Source: Fidelibacterota bacterium
GTDB taxonomy: Bacteria; Fidelibacterota; Fidelibacteria; Fidelibacterales; DSDE01
Length of the DNA stretch: 64,000 nucleotides
Reading direction: 5' to 3'
Assembly: GCA_046735395.1 (NCBI GenBank)
Contig: JBJKQR010000012.1
Span: 21,394-85,393, forward strand
A program made the position numbers and the translations under genes. This document shows, piece after piece, positions 1-9,248 of this stretch. Under the pieces are notes generated by a model. That model did not search any database, was not told the DNA's origin, and worked only from the letters and a program-made list of their open reading frames with translations. How positions within the stretch are numbered: the stretch's first letter is position 1; each line of letters begins with the position of its first letter.

Positions 1-1
1 C

Positions 2-757
2 GATGCCGTCGATTCCACCTATGAAAATGTCCAGACGGATCTGGAGTATGTGCTGCGTCTGACCAGCCGGCTGATCAGCAAATTGTCGGAAGAGATCGGA
101 GTCGTCCTGTCGCCGCTTCTGTTCAACGGAGTCCTGGAGGATATTGAACTGGTGGAGCTGGCCGGAAACCGCTTTCTGCTCATTTTGCAGATTGACGGCG
201 GGATCGTGAAGACGCTGATGGTGGAGTCCGATTCCGAAATCGAGAAACGGCGACTGCCGGTCGTCCGGGATCTGCTCCGGGAACGGCTGAGGGGACTGTC
301 CCTGGCGGATGTCCAGTCACGGCTGCTCCGCAGCTTCAGTGACCTGCCGGAGAAAGATTATCATCTCGTCCAGAAAATATTTCATCGCATTGAAAATTCC
401 GTCACACCGGAATTGCATAACGGTTCCAATTTTGAATTTCTTGAGCAGCCGGAATTTCTCTCCGCTCCCTCCAGTCATTCGGTAATCTCTCTGCTCAGGA
501 CGGATAATTGGCTTCTGAAGCTCCGTCGTCATGTATCCTTTCGGGAACGCAATGTACAGACCCTGTTCGGACATGAGATTAATTTCATAGAAGGTGACAA
601 CTGCGGTGTCGTGATGCGGAATTTTCAGATCAAGCAGCTCGAAGGCCTGCTGGCGGTGGTTGGCCCGGCGCGCATGCCCTATCACCACATTATTCCGCTT
701 CTGGATTTGATTTCGGAAAAGATCAATGAAAAAGTGCTCGAAAGGAGTGAGTATTAA
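2..757 (+). CDS. hrcA: Heat-inducible transcription repressor HrcA, C-terminal part (5' end upstream of window)
   Basis: The frame is open from base 2, so the ORF-track start at 50 is only the first in-frame GTG. The translated C-terminal region looks like HrcA and the gene sits directly upstream of grpE-dnaJ, the classic synteny. Confidence 0.8.
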   Translation, partial: DAVDSTYENVQTDLEYVLRLTSRLISKLSEEIGVVLSPLLFNGVLEDIELVELAGNRFLLILQIDGGIVKTLMVESDSEIEKRRLPVVRDLLRERLRGLSLADVQSRLLRSFSDLPEKDYHLVQKIFHRIENSVTPELHNGSNFEFLEQPEFLSAPSSHSVISLLRTDNWLLKLRRHVSFRERNVQTLFGHEINFIEGDNCGVVMRNFQIKQLEGLLAVVGPARMPYHHIIPLLDLISEKINEKVLERSEY

Positions 758-759
758 GA

Positions 760-1404
760 ATGCCTGATTTGAAGTCAGACAAGGAAAAGGATGTAGATAC
801 AGACGCAGCGGCAGCTGCTGATGAAGTGCAGACGAATGAAGCGGTTCAGACTGATGAACCCAAAAAGAAAAACGGCAGGAAGGAAAAGGCTAAGGCCAAA
901 CCGGTCCGGAAGGATGAGACGGTATCCAAAAAGGATTTTGACAAGCTGTCCGGAGAACTTGCCGATGCGCTCAGTGACAATCTGGATCTGAGGGACAGAT
1001 ATATGCGGACTCTGGCGGAATTTGAAAATTTTAAAAAACGCAGTCTAAGGGACCTGAGCCGGTCGCTGGAACTGGAAACCGAGAAGATACTGCTGAATTT
1101 TCTACCGGTGGCTGATGATCTGGACCGTGCCCTGAACCACGCCCGGACTGAAAAGGATCCGGAAAAACTGCCGGACGGTATTGAACGGGTAAAAAATAAA
1201 TTTATCCAGGTGCTGAAGGGCTTCGATGTGGAACCCTTTGAGTCCGCCGGAGAACATTTTGATCCGGAGCGGCATGATGCCCTCATGACGCGGGTCGAAG
1301 CCGACAAAGATGAAGATATGGTGCTGGAAGAATTTGAAAAGGGCTTTGTCCGGGGTGACCGGGTCATTCGCCACGCAAAAGTGATAGTGAGCAAGAAAGA
1401 CTGA
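760..1404 (+). CDS. grpE: Nucleotide exchange factor GrpE
   Basis: 214 aa with a charged N-terminus followed by the GrpE signature region ([10 protein letters not shown]). It starts 2 nt after the hrcA stop. Confidence 0.95.
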   Translation: MPDLKSDKEKDVDTDAAAAADEVQTNEAVQTDEPKKKNGRKEKAKAKPVRKDETVSKKDFDKLSGELADALSDNLDLRDRYMRTLAEFENFKKRSLRDLSRSLELETEKILLNFLPVADDLDRALNHARTEKDPEKLPDGIERVKNKFIQVLKGFDVEPFESAGEHFDPERHDALMTRVEADKDEDMVLEEFEKGFVRGDRVIRHAKVIVSKKD

Positions 1405-2528
1405 TGGCAAGAGATTATTATGAAATACTGGGTGTCAACCGGGGCGATTCGGCTGACGAGATAAAGAAGGCTTACCGTAAGATCGCTGTGAAATACCATC
1501 CCGACAAGAATCCGGGAAACAAGGAAGCGGAAGAGAAATTCAAGGAAGCGGCCGAGGCCTATTCGGTGCTTTCGGATGAGCAGAAACGGGCCCGCTATGA
1601 TCAGTTCGGAGCGGACGGCCTGAAAAATAACGGTTTCAGCAGTGCCGGATTCCACGATTTCGATATTTCCGACGCGCTGCGGACCTTCATGGAAAACCTG
1701 GGCGGCTTCGGCGGTTTCGGAGATATTTTCGGAGGTGGAGGATCCAGCCGCGGCGGCCGCAATAATCGGGGTACAGACCTTCGCATCACCATGAACCTCA
1801 CGCTTGAGGAAATTTACAGCGGAGTCCAGAAACAGGTTAAAATCAAGCGATTTGAACCCTGTGATTCCTGTCAGGGCAATGGAGGCAGCGGTGTGCAGAG
1901 CTGTCCCGCCTGTCATGGAACGGGAGAAGTCCGCGAACGGATGTCCTCCTTTCTGGGGCAGATGGTAAATATCCGTCCCTGTTCCCATTGCCATGGTGAG
2001 GGCGTTGTCGTACAGAATAAATGCCGGCGCTGTGGCGGTGACGGCCGGATCAAAGCGGAAAAGCTTGTGGATATCACCATTCCTGCCGGCGTATCGGCGG
2101 GTCACTATATGACGCTGCAGAATGAAGGAAATTCCGGTGTCCGGGGCGGACGCAAGGGATCTCTGATTGTTGTGTTTGATGAGATTGACCATTCCACCTT
2201 CGCGCGGCATGCTGATGATATTTATGTAAGTGTCGTTGTAAGCTGGCCTCAGGTGGTAATGGGCGATGAAATAACGGTTCCCACACTGGACGGATTGGTG
2301 TCCCTGAAAATTGCTCCCGGGTTCCAGAGCGGAAAGATTCTACGCCTGAGAGGAAAGGGGATGCCTGTACTCAGAGGGGGATCCCGAGGCGACCAGTTCG
2401 TGAAAATTCAGGTGGAAACACCTCAGAATGTAAAGGGTGAGGAAGAGGATTTTATCAGAAAATTGTTTAATCTCTATGCAAAAGACGCAAAAGATAAGTA
2501 TATTCGTCTCGAAAAATTTAAACCGTAG
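1404..2528 (+). CDS. dnaJ: Molecular chaperone DnaJ
   Basis: J domain with HPD (KYHPDKNPG), a G/F-rich linker and four CxxCxG zinc-finger repeats ([32 protein letters not shown]). The start overlaps the grpE stop by 1 nt. Confidence 0.97.
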   Translation: MARDYYEILGVNRGDSADEIKKAYRKIAVKYHPDKNPGNKEAEEKFKEAAEAYSVLSDEQKRARYDQFGADGLKNNGFSSAGFHDFDISDALRTFMENLGGFGGFGDIFGGGGSSRGGRNNRGTDLRITMNLTLEEIYSGVQKQVKIKRFEPCDSCQGNGGSGVQSCPACHGTGEVRERMSSFLGQMVNIRPCSHCHGEGVVVQNKCRRCGGDGRIKAEKLVDITIPAGVSAGHYMTLQNEGNSGVRGGRKGSLIVVFDEIDHSTFARHADDIYVSVVVSWPQVVMGDEITVPTLDGLVSLKIAPGFQSGKILRLRGKGMPVLRGGSRGDQFVKIQVETPQNVKGEEEDFIRKLFNLYAKDAKDKYIRLEKFKP

Positions 2529-2537
2529 AGGTGAGCT

Positions 2538-2921
2538 ATGATATTCACTAAACAGGAACGGAATATCATTCTTTTTGTAGTACTGGCTCTTCTTGCCGGC
2601 TTTGTCTGGTTACTTGTGAAGAAATTAATACTTCAGCAGCCCGTGGATGATGATCTGCTGAGACGGACTGAAACCGTTCTGGAAAAGGAAGCGGAAGCGA
2701 TGGATTCCGAGATGAATATCGCTGAAGCTGTATCCGTGCACATCAATACGGCGACGGTGGGAGAGATTGCTGCGTTGCCCTATATCGGGGAGGCGAAGGC
2801 CAAGGCAATCGTGAAGTACCGGAAGGAAAACGGCCCCTTCAAATCCGTTGATGATCTCGTTCTGGTCAGCGGTATTGGTGAAAAACTGCTGGATAAAGTC
2901 AGAAAATATATCGAATTATAG
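2538..2921 (+). CDS. comEA: ComEA-like helix-hairpin-helix DNA-binding protein with N-terminal membrane anchor
   Basis: N-terminal TM helix followed by a C-terminal HhH region (INTATVGEIAALPYIGEAKAKAIVKYR...LVSGIGEKLLDKV), typical of the ComEA family. Confidence 0.85.
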   Translation: MIFTKQERNIILFVVLALLAGFVWLLVKKLILQQPVDDDLLRRTETVLEKEAEAMDSEMNIAEAVSVHINTATVGEIAALPYIGEAKAKAIVKYRKENGPFKSVDDLVLVSGIGEKLLDKVRKYIEL

Positions 2922-2936
2922 TATTTAGGAGGAATT

Positions 2937-3692
2937 GTGAGCGACGCAAGTTATTCCGGGACCCTGTCCTTTATCGTAAAATGGATTACGGTCCTGTTGA
3001 TTGTTGTCATGTTATTTGTGATTTACGTACCCAAGGCTGTGTGGAAAAGTGAAGACCAGTATCGGAATCTGGCTCACTGGAAGATGCTGCAGCTCTGGGA
3101 TGCTGAAGAAGCTTATCATAGCCTGACAGGTGATTATAATACAAATCTGATGGACGTCATGAATTTTATTTCTCAGGTTCGCGACTCCGTTCTTGCCGAT
3201 TCCATGTATGCAGGTGATCAGTATATTAAATTTAAAAATGAACGCCATCGTATCACGATTCCGGATTTCTGGGCTGAAGCGTTTGATACAATGTTTGCCT
3301 TTCCCTACATGGGGAAGGATTCGTCGCTCGAGACTATCTATACGGCCGTGGTTCCCAATGAAAACACCGGTATAAATGATACGACCTATTATAACAAAAC
3401 GAAGGATCGGTTTATTTATGCGGACTCGCTCTGGACAGGCTGGATCATTGACACGACGACAGAAATGCGCTATGAAAATGTTCAGAAATATAAACGTTTC
3501 AACCTTGTCGATTCCATGATGATCTGCCCGCTAACACGGAAACCCTACACCGTCAAGGACCTGCCTGACGGAAAAATATCCATTGTCAGCCCGACCAAAG
3601 GTGGACTGAATTTTTCTGTTCATACGTTCTGGACCTTTGTGGACACCGGCCACGGGTCCATCATCGATGGTGTGCCAACCTGGAAAAAATAA
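2937..3692 (+). CDS. Hypothetical membrane-anchored protein (remotely pilin/pseudopilin-like architecture)
   Basis: GTG start 5 nt after AGGAGG. A single N-terminal hydrophobic helix (WITVLLIVVMLFVIYV) is followed by a soluble domain. I recognise no family. There is no canonical prepilin G/FTLIE cleavage motif. Confidence 0.6.
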   Translation: MSDASYSGTLSFIVKWITVLLIVVMLFVIYVPKAVWKSEDQYRNLAHWKMLQLWDAEEAYHSLTGDYNTNLMDVMNFISQVRDSVLADSMYAGDQYIKFKNERHRITIPDFWAEAFDTMFAFPYMGKDSSLETIYTAVVPNENTGINDTTYYNKTKDRFIYADSLWTGWIIDTTTEMRYENVQKYKRFNLVDSMMICPLTRKPYTVKDLPDGKISIVSPTKGGLNFSVHTFWTFVDTGHGSIIDGVPTWKK

Positions 3693-3704
3693 GGACGACA
3701 TCCC

Positions 3705-4646
3705 ATGCTGGGTATCAGTCTCCATGAAAAGTATCTGAGTTTTGCTGCCGTCACGGAAGACGGAGAATCAAAGGTCATCGACCAGACGGGAATTGTCGAA
3801 TATCCTTTCCGCATGACGAAAAAGGAACTGCTGTCAGGGAATTCGGTGCAGGATCTGATCGGTATTTTCAAGGATCTCCGGAATGTTCTGGAGTTTCCGC
3901 AGAATACGAGCAGCCTGTCACTTCCGCCTGAATTCGTCACTATCCGGACTTCTGCAGCAGCTGCCGGTGCCGATGAGGAGGATCTGAAGGATTTTCAGCG
4001 TTGGGACACCTCCGTAAAAATCGGCCAGGATTCCTACGGCCTGCTCAAGAGACAGCAGATTATCTCCTCGGATGAAAATGGACTGACTGCCATCGGGGTT
4101 TTCTTCTTTCCGAAAATTCTGGATCATATTCTGGAGGCCGCGGATTTTGCCCGGCTTGGTATCCGCCATATTGATATCGCCCCTTTTGCGGCTTATGAAA
4201 CCGTTCGCAGAAATTATGACACCTCAAATTATCAGCGGTTCAGCCTCATTCATTTTCAGAAAAATCATATGATTACGCTGACGATCTACGATCGGGAACG
4301 GCTTCTGAATTTCTGCCGTTTCCGGCTGACAGCAGGCGGCCCGGTCTTCTATACTGCCTATGACCCCTTTCTCCTTGAAATAGCTCAGCTACTTCAGGAA
4401 CCGGAATATTCAGTCAAACTGTTTGAACGGCTCGGCCCCGTCTTTGCTTACGCAGACACGGCCAGTATTCTGGAAATCTGGGAAAAAGTGGATAAAGCCT
4501 ACTATATGGAATTGGTTAATCCCTTTGTTAATTATTCGATTTTCAAGAAGACAAAAGTGATTGAACACGATAATGAGGCTCTGAACGATAATATCTTCGT
4601 GGAAGTAGCCGGAACTCTCTTCAGGGGGATGGAGAACAATGATTAA
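3705..4646 (+). CDS. Hypothetical protein, PilM-like (actin-like ATPase fold suspected)
   Basis: 313 aa. The N-terminus (MLGISLHEKYLSFAAV) and the mid-region GIRHIDIAPFAAYETV resemble PilM-family patterns. Its stop overlaps the next gene. The assignment rests on pattern recognition only. Confidence 0.5.
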   Translation: MLGISLHEKYLSFAAVTEDGESKVIDQTGIVEYPFRMTKKELLSGNSVQDLIGIFKDLRNVLEFPQNTSSLSLPPEFVTIRTSAAAAGADEEDLKDFQRWDTSVKIGQDSYGLLKRQQIISSDENGLTAIGVFFFPKILDHILEAADFARLGIRHIDIAPFAAYETVRRNYDTSNYQRFSLIHFQKNHMITLTIYDRERLLNFCRFRLTAGGPVFYTAYDPFLLEIAQLLQEPEYSVKLFERLGPVFAYADTASILEIWEKVDKAYYMELVNPFVNYSIFKKTKVIEHDNEALNDNIFVEVAGTLFRGMENND

Positions 4647-5928
4647 ATTCAATCTGCTGCATCCTGATGATGACTTTCCCGAAAATCTCGAAAAAGATGA
4701 ACTTGATACGATCGATGAGCAACCGGAGCCGGAAGTCCGAGATTATCCCGAACCTGTTTCCCGGGAGGACGGTCTGGATGAGACGGTACTGTCTGAACTG
4801 GACGAGTACAAGCAGAGCGGCCCGGATATTGAAACATTCGAGGATGAGGACTACGAGGAGGATGATGAGGATGAGGATTACGAATCATCTCATCATTGGG
4901 CGCTAATCTCAGGCCTCTCCGTCGTTGTCCTGATTGCTGCGGTCTGGATTGCCTTTATTCTCGGAGTTCTGCCTTCTCCTCTGGATCGGACTGTTCAGAG
5001 TATCAAAGATAAAATTGTCGTGATGGTCAGCGGGGAAAAACTTCCTGAAGCAGCTATCAGCGAAGAACGTATTTTTGAAGAGACCACTCCCGAGCCGGCT
5101 GCGATGGAAGAGACGGCCGGAGTGAAAATTTCGGAGACACCGTCTGAAGCTGTGTCGAAATTTGTTCCCGAATCCATTGTCAAGACTGTTCCTGAACCGG
5201 AACCTGAACCTGAACCCGTAGCCGAGCCGGATACGGTACAGGAGTCTGTCGCCACACAGGCCGCAATACTTCCTCCACCCATCAGTCCCGGTCCCGAAAT
5301 GCCCGATCTGTCCAGATCTGAGTATGAGCAGCTTACGATGGCTTCTGCCCGGTCCCAGGCTTTTCTCGAAAACAGTATAGCCTTCATCCGGCTTTTCCCC
5401 AAGGGGCTTTTCATCTCAACCCTCAGCTGCTCACCCAACGAATTGGTATTGGAGGCCAAAGCCCCGAATTCTGATATTTTCAAGGTGTTCACACAGGAAA
5501 TGAAACAGTCAGGGCTCTTTTCACACTTTGTCTATACCCCGGATAATTCAGCGGATGACACTACGCCGATGGCTCTTTTCCGGGGGGATTTCAAACTTGA
5601 ATATGACAATTCGGACAATGACCTCTATAATCTGGATTCGAAACGGTTCATCAATTATGTATCGGACATTGCCGGACGTGAGAATATGGAGCTCAATGAT
5701 CAGAGATCCTTTACGGTGAACAGCGATCTGCAGAAAGTAAAGACCACCATGCATGAACTCGGATACTACGCCGATGTGGACAGGATCCAGAATTTCCTCA
5801 GCGATCTTCTGTCCATTCCGGGCACCTTTTCCGTGGAAAAAATATATCTCAGCCGAAAATCTACCGATTCGTTTCCCGATCCCATCAAACTTATGCTGTA
5901 TGTCAGTCTGAACGAAAGGGGTGAATGA
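4639..5928 (+). CDS. Hypothetical bitopic membrane protein with PilN-like N-terminal motif, acidic insert and PE-repeat linker
   Basis: The N-terminus MIKFNLLHP resembles the PilN INLLP motif that binds PilM. It is followed by an ~80-aa D/E-rich segment, one TM helix (WALISGLSVVVLIAAVWIAFILGVL), a PEPEPEPEP linker (DNA 5191-5217) and a ~200-aa C-terminal domain. Confidence 0.5.
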   Translation: MIKFNLLHPDDDFPENLEKDELDTIDEQPEPEVRDYPEPVSREDGLDETVLSELDEYKQSGPDIETFEDEDYEEDDEDEDYESSHHWALISGLSVVVLIAAVWIAFILGVLPSPLDRTVQSIKDKIVVMVSGEKLPEAAISEERIFEETTPEPAAMEETAGVKISETPSEAVSKFVPESIVKTVPEPEPEPEPVAEPDTVQESVATQAAILPPPISPGPEMPDLSRSEYEQLTMASARSQAFLENSIAFIRLFPKGLFISTLSCSPNELVLEAKAPNSDIFKVFTQEMKQSGLFSHFVYTPDNSADDTTPMALFRGDFKLEYDNSDNDLYNLDSKRFINYVSDIAGRENMELNDQRSFTVNSDLQKVKTTMHELGYYADVDRIQNFLSDLLSIPGTFSVEKIYLSRKSTDSFPDPIKLMLYVSLNERGE

Positions 5929-6455
5929 CTCGGATTATTTCCGGAAAATTCGGAGGTATTCGTCTGGTCTCCCCAAAACATTCCATTCGGCCTACCGCCG
6001 ATAAAGTCAAAGAGTACATTTTCAATGTCTGCCAGAATGGTCTACACGGTGCAGTCGTCGCCGACCTTTTCTCCGGAACCGGTGGATTGGGGCTGGAGGC
6101 TTATTCCCGCGGCGCAGAAACGGTGGATTGTGTGGACTCCAGTTTCAAATCCTGCAGGCTGATCAGAGAAAATCTTGAAAAATTACAGAGTCCTGATACC
6201 GTGCGCATTCATGAACAGAAATCGGAAACCTTTATACGGAATCAATCGGCGCGCTATGATTTTGTCTTTGCTGATCCCCCTTATGATTACGTTTTGCCTG
6301 ATGAATTTTTTCAGCAGGTAAAATCGTCCCTGAAGGAAGGCGGGTGCTTTATCTTTGAATATCACAGCAAATGGATGATTCCGGAACCCTTTCCCATGAG
6401 TATCCGAAAAAGCCGAACTTTCGGAGAGACAGGAGTATGGATTTATGAAATCTGA
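5925..6455 (+). CDS. rsmD: 16S rRNA (guanine966-N2)-methyltransferase RsmD
   Basis: 176 aa with the RIISGKFGG N-terminus, a SAM-binding region (LFSGTGGLGLEA) and the DPPY motif. It is followed by coaD, a common pairing. Confidence 0.9.
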   Translation: MTRIISGKFGGIRLVSPKHSIRPTADKVKEYIFNVCQNGLHGAVVADLFSGTGGLGLEAYSRGAETVDCVDSSFKSCRLIRENLEKLQSPDTVRIHEQKSETFIRNQSARYDFVFADPPYDYVLPDEFFQQVKSSLKEGGCFIFEYHSKWMIPEPFPMSIRKSRTFGETGVWIYEI

Positions 6456-6933
6456 AGAACGTCGTGCCATCTATCCCGGTACCTTTGATCCTGTAACCAA
6501 CGGCCATCTGGATATTATCATCCGCGCATCCCGGCTCTTTGATCATGTGGTGGTTGCTGTCGGGATCAATTCCCGTAAGGAACCGCTCTTTTCGGTGGAG
6601 GAGCGTGTCGCGCTCCTGACTGAAGTGGTGGGAGAGCTGCCCAATGTTTCCGTGGATACCTTTCAGGGGCTTTTAGTGGATTATTGCCGGGAACAGGGAG
6701 CCATGGCCCTGATCCGTGGCCTCCGGGCCGTATCGGATTTTGAAAATGAACTGCAGATGGCGCTGGTGAACCAGAAGATCGGGAAAAATATCGATACGGT
6801 ATTCCTCATGCCCAATGAAAAGAATACTTATCTGAGTTCATCTATAATCAGAGAAATTGCCAGGTATGGCGGGGACGTGTCTCCCTTCGTGCCGGCCTGC
6901 GTGGAAAAAATGTTTGAGGAAAGGAAACGTTAA
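6445..6933 (+). CDS. coaD: Phosphopantetheine adenylyltransferase
   Basis: 162 aa with the GTFDPVTNGHLDII nucleotidyltransferase motif. Confidence 0.95.
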   Translation: MKSEERRAIYPGTFDPVTNGHLDIIIRASRLFDHVVVAVGINSRKEPLFSVEERVALLTEVVGELPNVSVDTFQGLLVDYCREQGAMALIRGLRAVSDFENELQMALVNQKIGKNIDTVFLMPNEKNTYLSSSIIREIARYGGDVSPFVPACVEKMFEERKR

Positions 6934-7922
6934 TGTCAAAGATACTCGAAGCTGTCCGGGAAAATGCCCGGCAGACTACAAATATTAAGCTGGTCCTGCC
7001 GGAAGGGCACGATCCCCGCATTCTCAGTGCCGCGCGCACCATCGTGGATGAAGGGATTGCACGGGTAGCCGTTATGGGCGGACAGGTGGAGCTGCGCAGT
7101 ACAGCCGACCGGGCCGGTGTGAATCTCGACGGGATAGAACTGATTACTCCCGGAAAGGATTCGGATTATGAAGCCTTTGCGGATGAATATTTTCAGCTGA
7201 GACAGGCCAAGGGCATGACACGGGAAAAAGCGCTGGACACTCTGACGGACAGCACCTTTTTCGGTGCCATGATGCTGAGAAAAGGCCGGGCCGACGCCTG
7301 TATCTCCGGTGCTGCCAATGCGACGGCCCACGTGGTTCGGGCGGCCCTGCAGATCGTTCAGACCAAACCGGGGAATTCGGTCCTGTCATCGGATTTTCTC
7401 ATGATTGCTCCGGATGACAGCCGGGCTCTGTCCTACGCGGATTGTGCCGTCATGCCGGATCCTACTTCGGAACAGCTGGCCGACATCGCCTGGGCTACGG
7501 CTCAGACCCATGAGTCGGTTTTTAATACAAAGGCTGTAGTGGCCCTGCTCTCCTTTTCCACAAAAGGATCGGCGTCACACCCTCTTGTGAACAAGGTGAC
7601 GGATGCGCTCCGCATTGCCCGTGAAAAGTACCCGTCCCTCGCCATCGACGGGGAATTGCAGCTGGATGCGGCCCTCATCGAAAACGTAGCGAAAAGCAAA
7701 GCCCCCGGTTCCACCGTGGCAGGCCGGGCCAATGTTCTGGTCTTTCCTGACCTCAATGCAGGCAATATCGGCTATAAACTCACGCAGCGCCTTGCCGGAT
7801 ATGATGCCGTGGGGCCGGTGTTTCAGGGCCTGAACAAGCCCATACACGATCTGTCCAGAGGCTGCAGCGCCACCGATATTGTCAATCTCGCCGCCATTGC
7901 GGCCCTGCAAACCAAGGAGTAG
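6933..7922 (+). CDS. pta: Phosphate acetyltransferase (short PTA_PTB-only form)
   Basis: 329 aa. The Pta-like sequence runs throughout (LVLPEGHDPRIL, SGAANATAHVV, ADCAVMPDP, VLVFPDLNAGNIGYK). Confidence 0.88.
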   Translation: MSKILEAVRENARQTTNIKLVLPEGHDPRILSAARTIVDEGIARVAVMGGQVELRSTADRAGVNLDGIELITPGKDSDYEAFADEYFQLRQAKGMTREKALDTLTDSTFFGAMMLRKGRADACISGAANATAHVVRAALQIVQTKPGNSVLSSDFLMIAPDDSRALSYADCAVMPDPTSEQLADIAWATAQTHESVFNTKAVVALLSFSTKGSASHPLVNKVTDALRIAREKYPSLAIDGELQLDAALIENVAKSKAPGSTVAGRANVLVFPDLNAGNIGYKLTQRLAGYDAVGPVFQGLNKPIHDLSRGCSATDIVNLAAIAALQTKE

Positions 7923-7929
7923 TGTCTTT

Positions 7930-8208
7930 ATGCCCATTTATGAATACAAATGCCTCAGTTGCGGAAAACAGTTTGAACAGCTGCGGTCCATCAGCGATGA
8001 CTCTCCGCTTACCTGTCCCGACTGCGGAGGCAAGACAAAAAAACTGGTTACCTCCGCCGGCCTCCTGTTCAAGGGCTCCGGCTTCTATATAACCGATTAT
8101 GCATCCAAGAACGGCAGCGGATCCGCCGCGTCTCCCAAACCCTCCGCATCCTCATCCGAACCCAAAACGCCGGCCCCTGAAAAGAAAAATAGCGGCTCTG
8201 CTGAATGA
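7930..8208 (+). CDS. FmdB-family zinc-ribbon putative regulatory protein
   Basis: It starts MPIYEYKCLSCG...CPDCGG, the hallmark FmdB/CxxC-CxxC ribbon. The ORF-track start at 7879 is an upstream extension that overlaps pta. Confidence 0.85.
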   Translation: MPIYEYKCLSCGKQFEQLRSISDDSPLTCPDCGGKTKKLVTSAGLLFKGSGFYITDYASKNGSGSAASPKPSASSSEPKTPAPEKKNSGSAE

Positions 8209-8251
8209 GGTCGCGGTCAATCCATGATTTTCGAAGGAAAACGAATACGAT

Positions 8252-9235
8252 ATGAATTTTGTAGATTATACTGATATCACTGTCCGATCCGGACACGGCG
8301 GCCCGGGTGCCGTGTCATTTCACCGTGAAAAATTTATGCCGCGGGGAGGCCCTGACGGCGGAGACGGCGGGAAGGGCGGCGATGTCATCTTCGTGGCCGA
8401 TCCTCAGCTGCATACGCTTCATGATGTCCGCTATCACCGCATTTACAAGGCGGCAAATGGCCAGCCCGGCGGCGGCAACCGACGCAGCGGGAAAAAAGGA
8501 CAGAGTGTGACCATCCGGGTCCCCGTCGGAACCATCATTCAGGCTGAAGATGAAATTTTATGTGATATGACTGAATCTGGGCAGACCTTTATTGCAGCGG
8601 AAGGCGGGATCGGCGGACGCGGCAATCAGCATTTTGCCACGGCTGTGAATCAGATTCCCCGCTATGCCCAGGAAGGAATTCCCGGAAAGGAGCTGCTGCT
8701 CAACCTGGAACTGAAGGTACTCGCGGATGTGGGGCTGGTCGGCTTTCCCAATGCCGGCAAAAGTACACTCCTCTCCGTCGTATCCGATGCGAGGCCGAAA
8801 ATCGCCGACTATCCCTTTACGACACTGGTTCCCAATCTCGGTATCGTCAAGTATAACGAATATCAGTCTTTTGTCATGGCCGATATCCCGGGACTCATCC
8901 GGGGCGCTCACGAAGGCAAGGGACTGGGAGACCAGTTCCTGCGGCATATCGAACGCACCCGCGTGCTGCTCTATCTCATTGATGTGAATTCGGAAGATCC
9001 GATTGCCGACTTCCGGACCCTTCGCAATGAACTGGTTTCCTATAATGCCCAGCTTGAGGAAAAGGACTTTCTGGTATGTCTGACCAAATGCGATACGCGG
9101 GAAGACCTTCCTGATCTGACAGATCCGCTGATTCCACCCACTTCCGTACTGGCGCTGTCTTCCGTGACCCGGAAAAATATTTCCGAACTTATCACTGCAC
9201 TGACGATAAAACTGGCAGATACTTTCAGGAATTGA
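8252..9235 (+). CDS. obg: GTPase Obg/CgtA
   Basis: Glycine-rich Obg fold (GGPDGGDGGKGGDV) and a G1 motif (GFPNAGKST). At 327 aa it has no long C-terminal extension. Confidence 0.95.
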   Translation: MNFVDYTDITVRSGHGGPGAVSFHREKFMPRGGPDGGDGGKGGDVIFVADPQLHTLHDVRYHRIYKAANGQPGGGNRRSGKKGQSVTIRVPVGTIIQAEDEILCDMTESGQTFIAAEGGIGGRGNQHFATAVNQIPRYAQEGIPGKELLLNLELKVLADVGLVGFPNAGKSTLLSVVSDARPKIADYPFTTLVPNLGIVKYNEYQSFVMADIPGLIRGAHEGKGLGDQFLRHIERTRVLLYLIDVNSEDPIADFRTLRNELVSYNAQLEEKDFLVCLTKCDTREDLPDLTDPLIPPTSVLALSSVTRKNISELITALTIKLADTFRN

Positions 9236-9248
9236 AAACGGGAGTGTT

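Noticed and set aside
7879-7929. N-terminal extensions suggested by the ORF track: 7879 for the FmdB gene, 17261 for Hpt, 35371 for pepT, 42995 for ald-like, 44155 for the CoA-transferase, 46332 for nfnB, 40708 for the reductase and 14429 for aceF.
   Set aside because: In each case a downstream ATG or GTG coincides with the start of family-typical sequence. These starts also have a better RBS or a stop/start overlap with the upstream gene, and the extensions overlap neighbouring genes or look non-coding.
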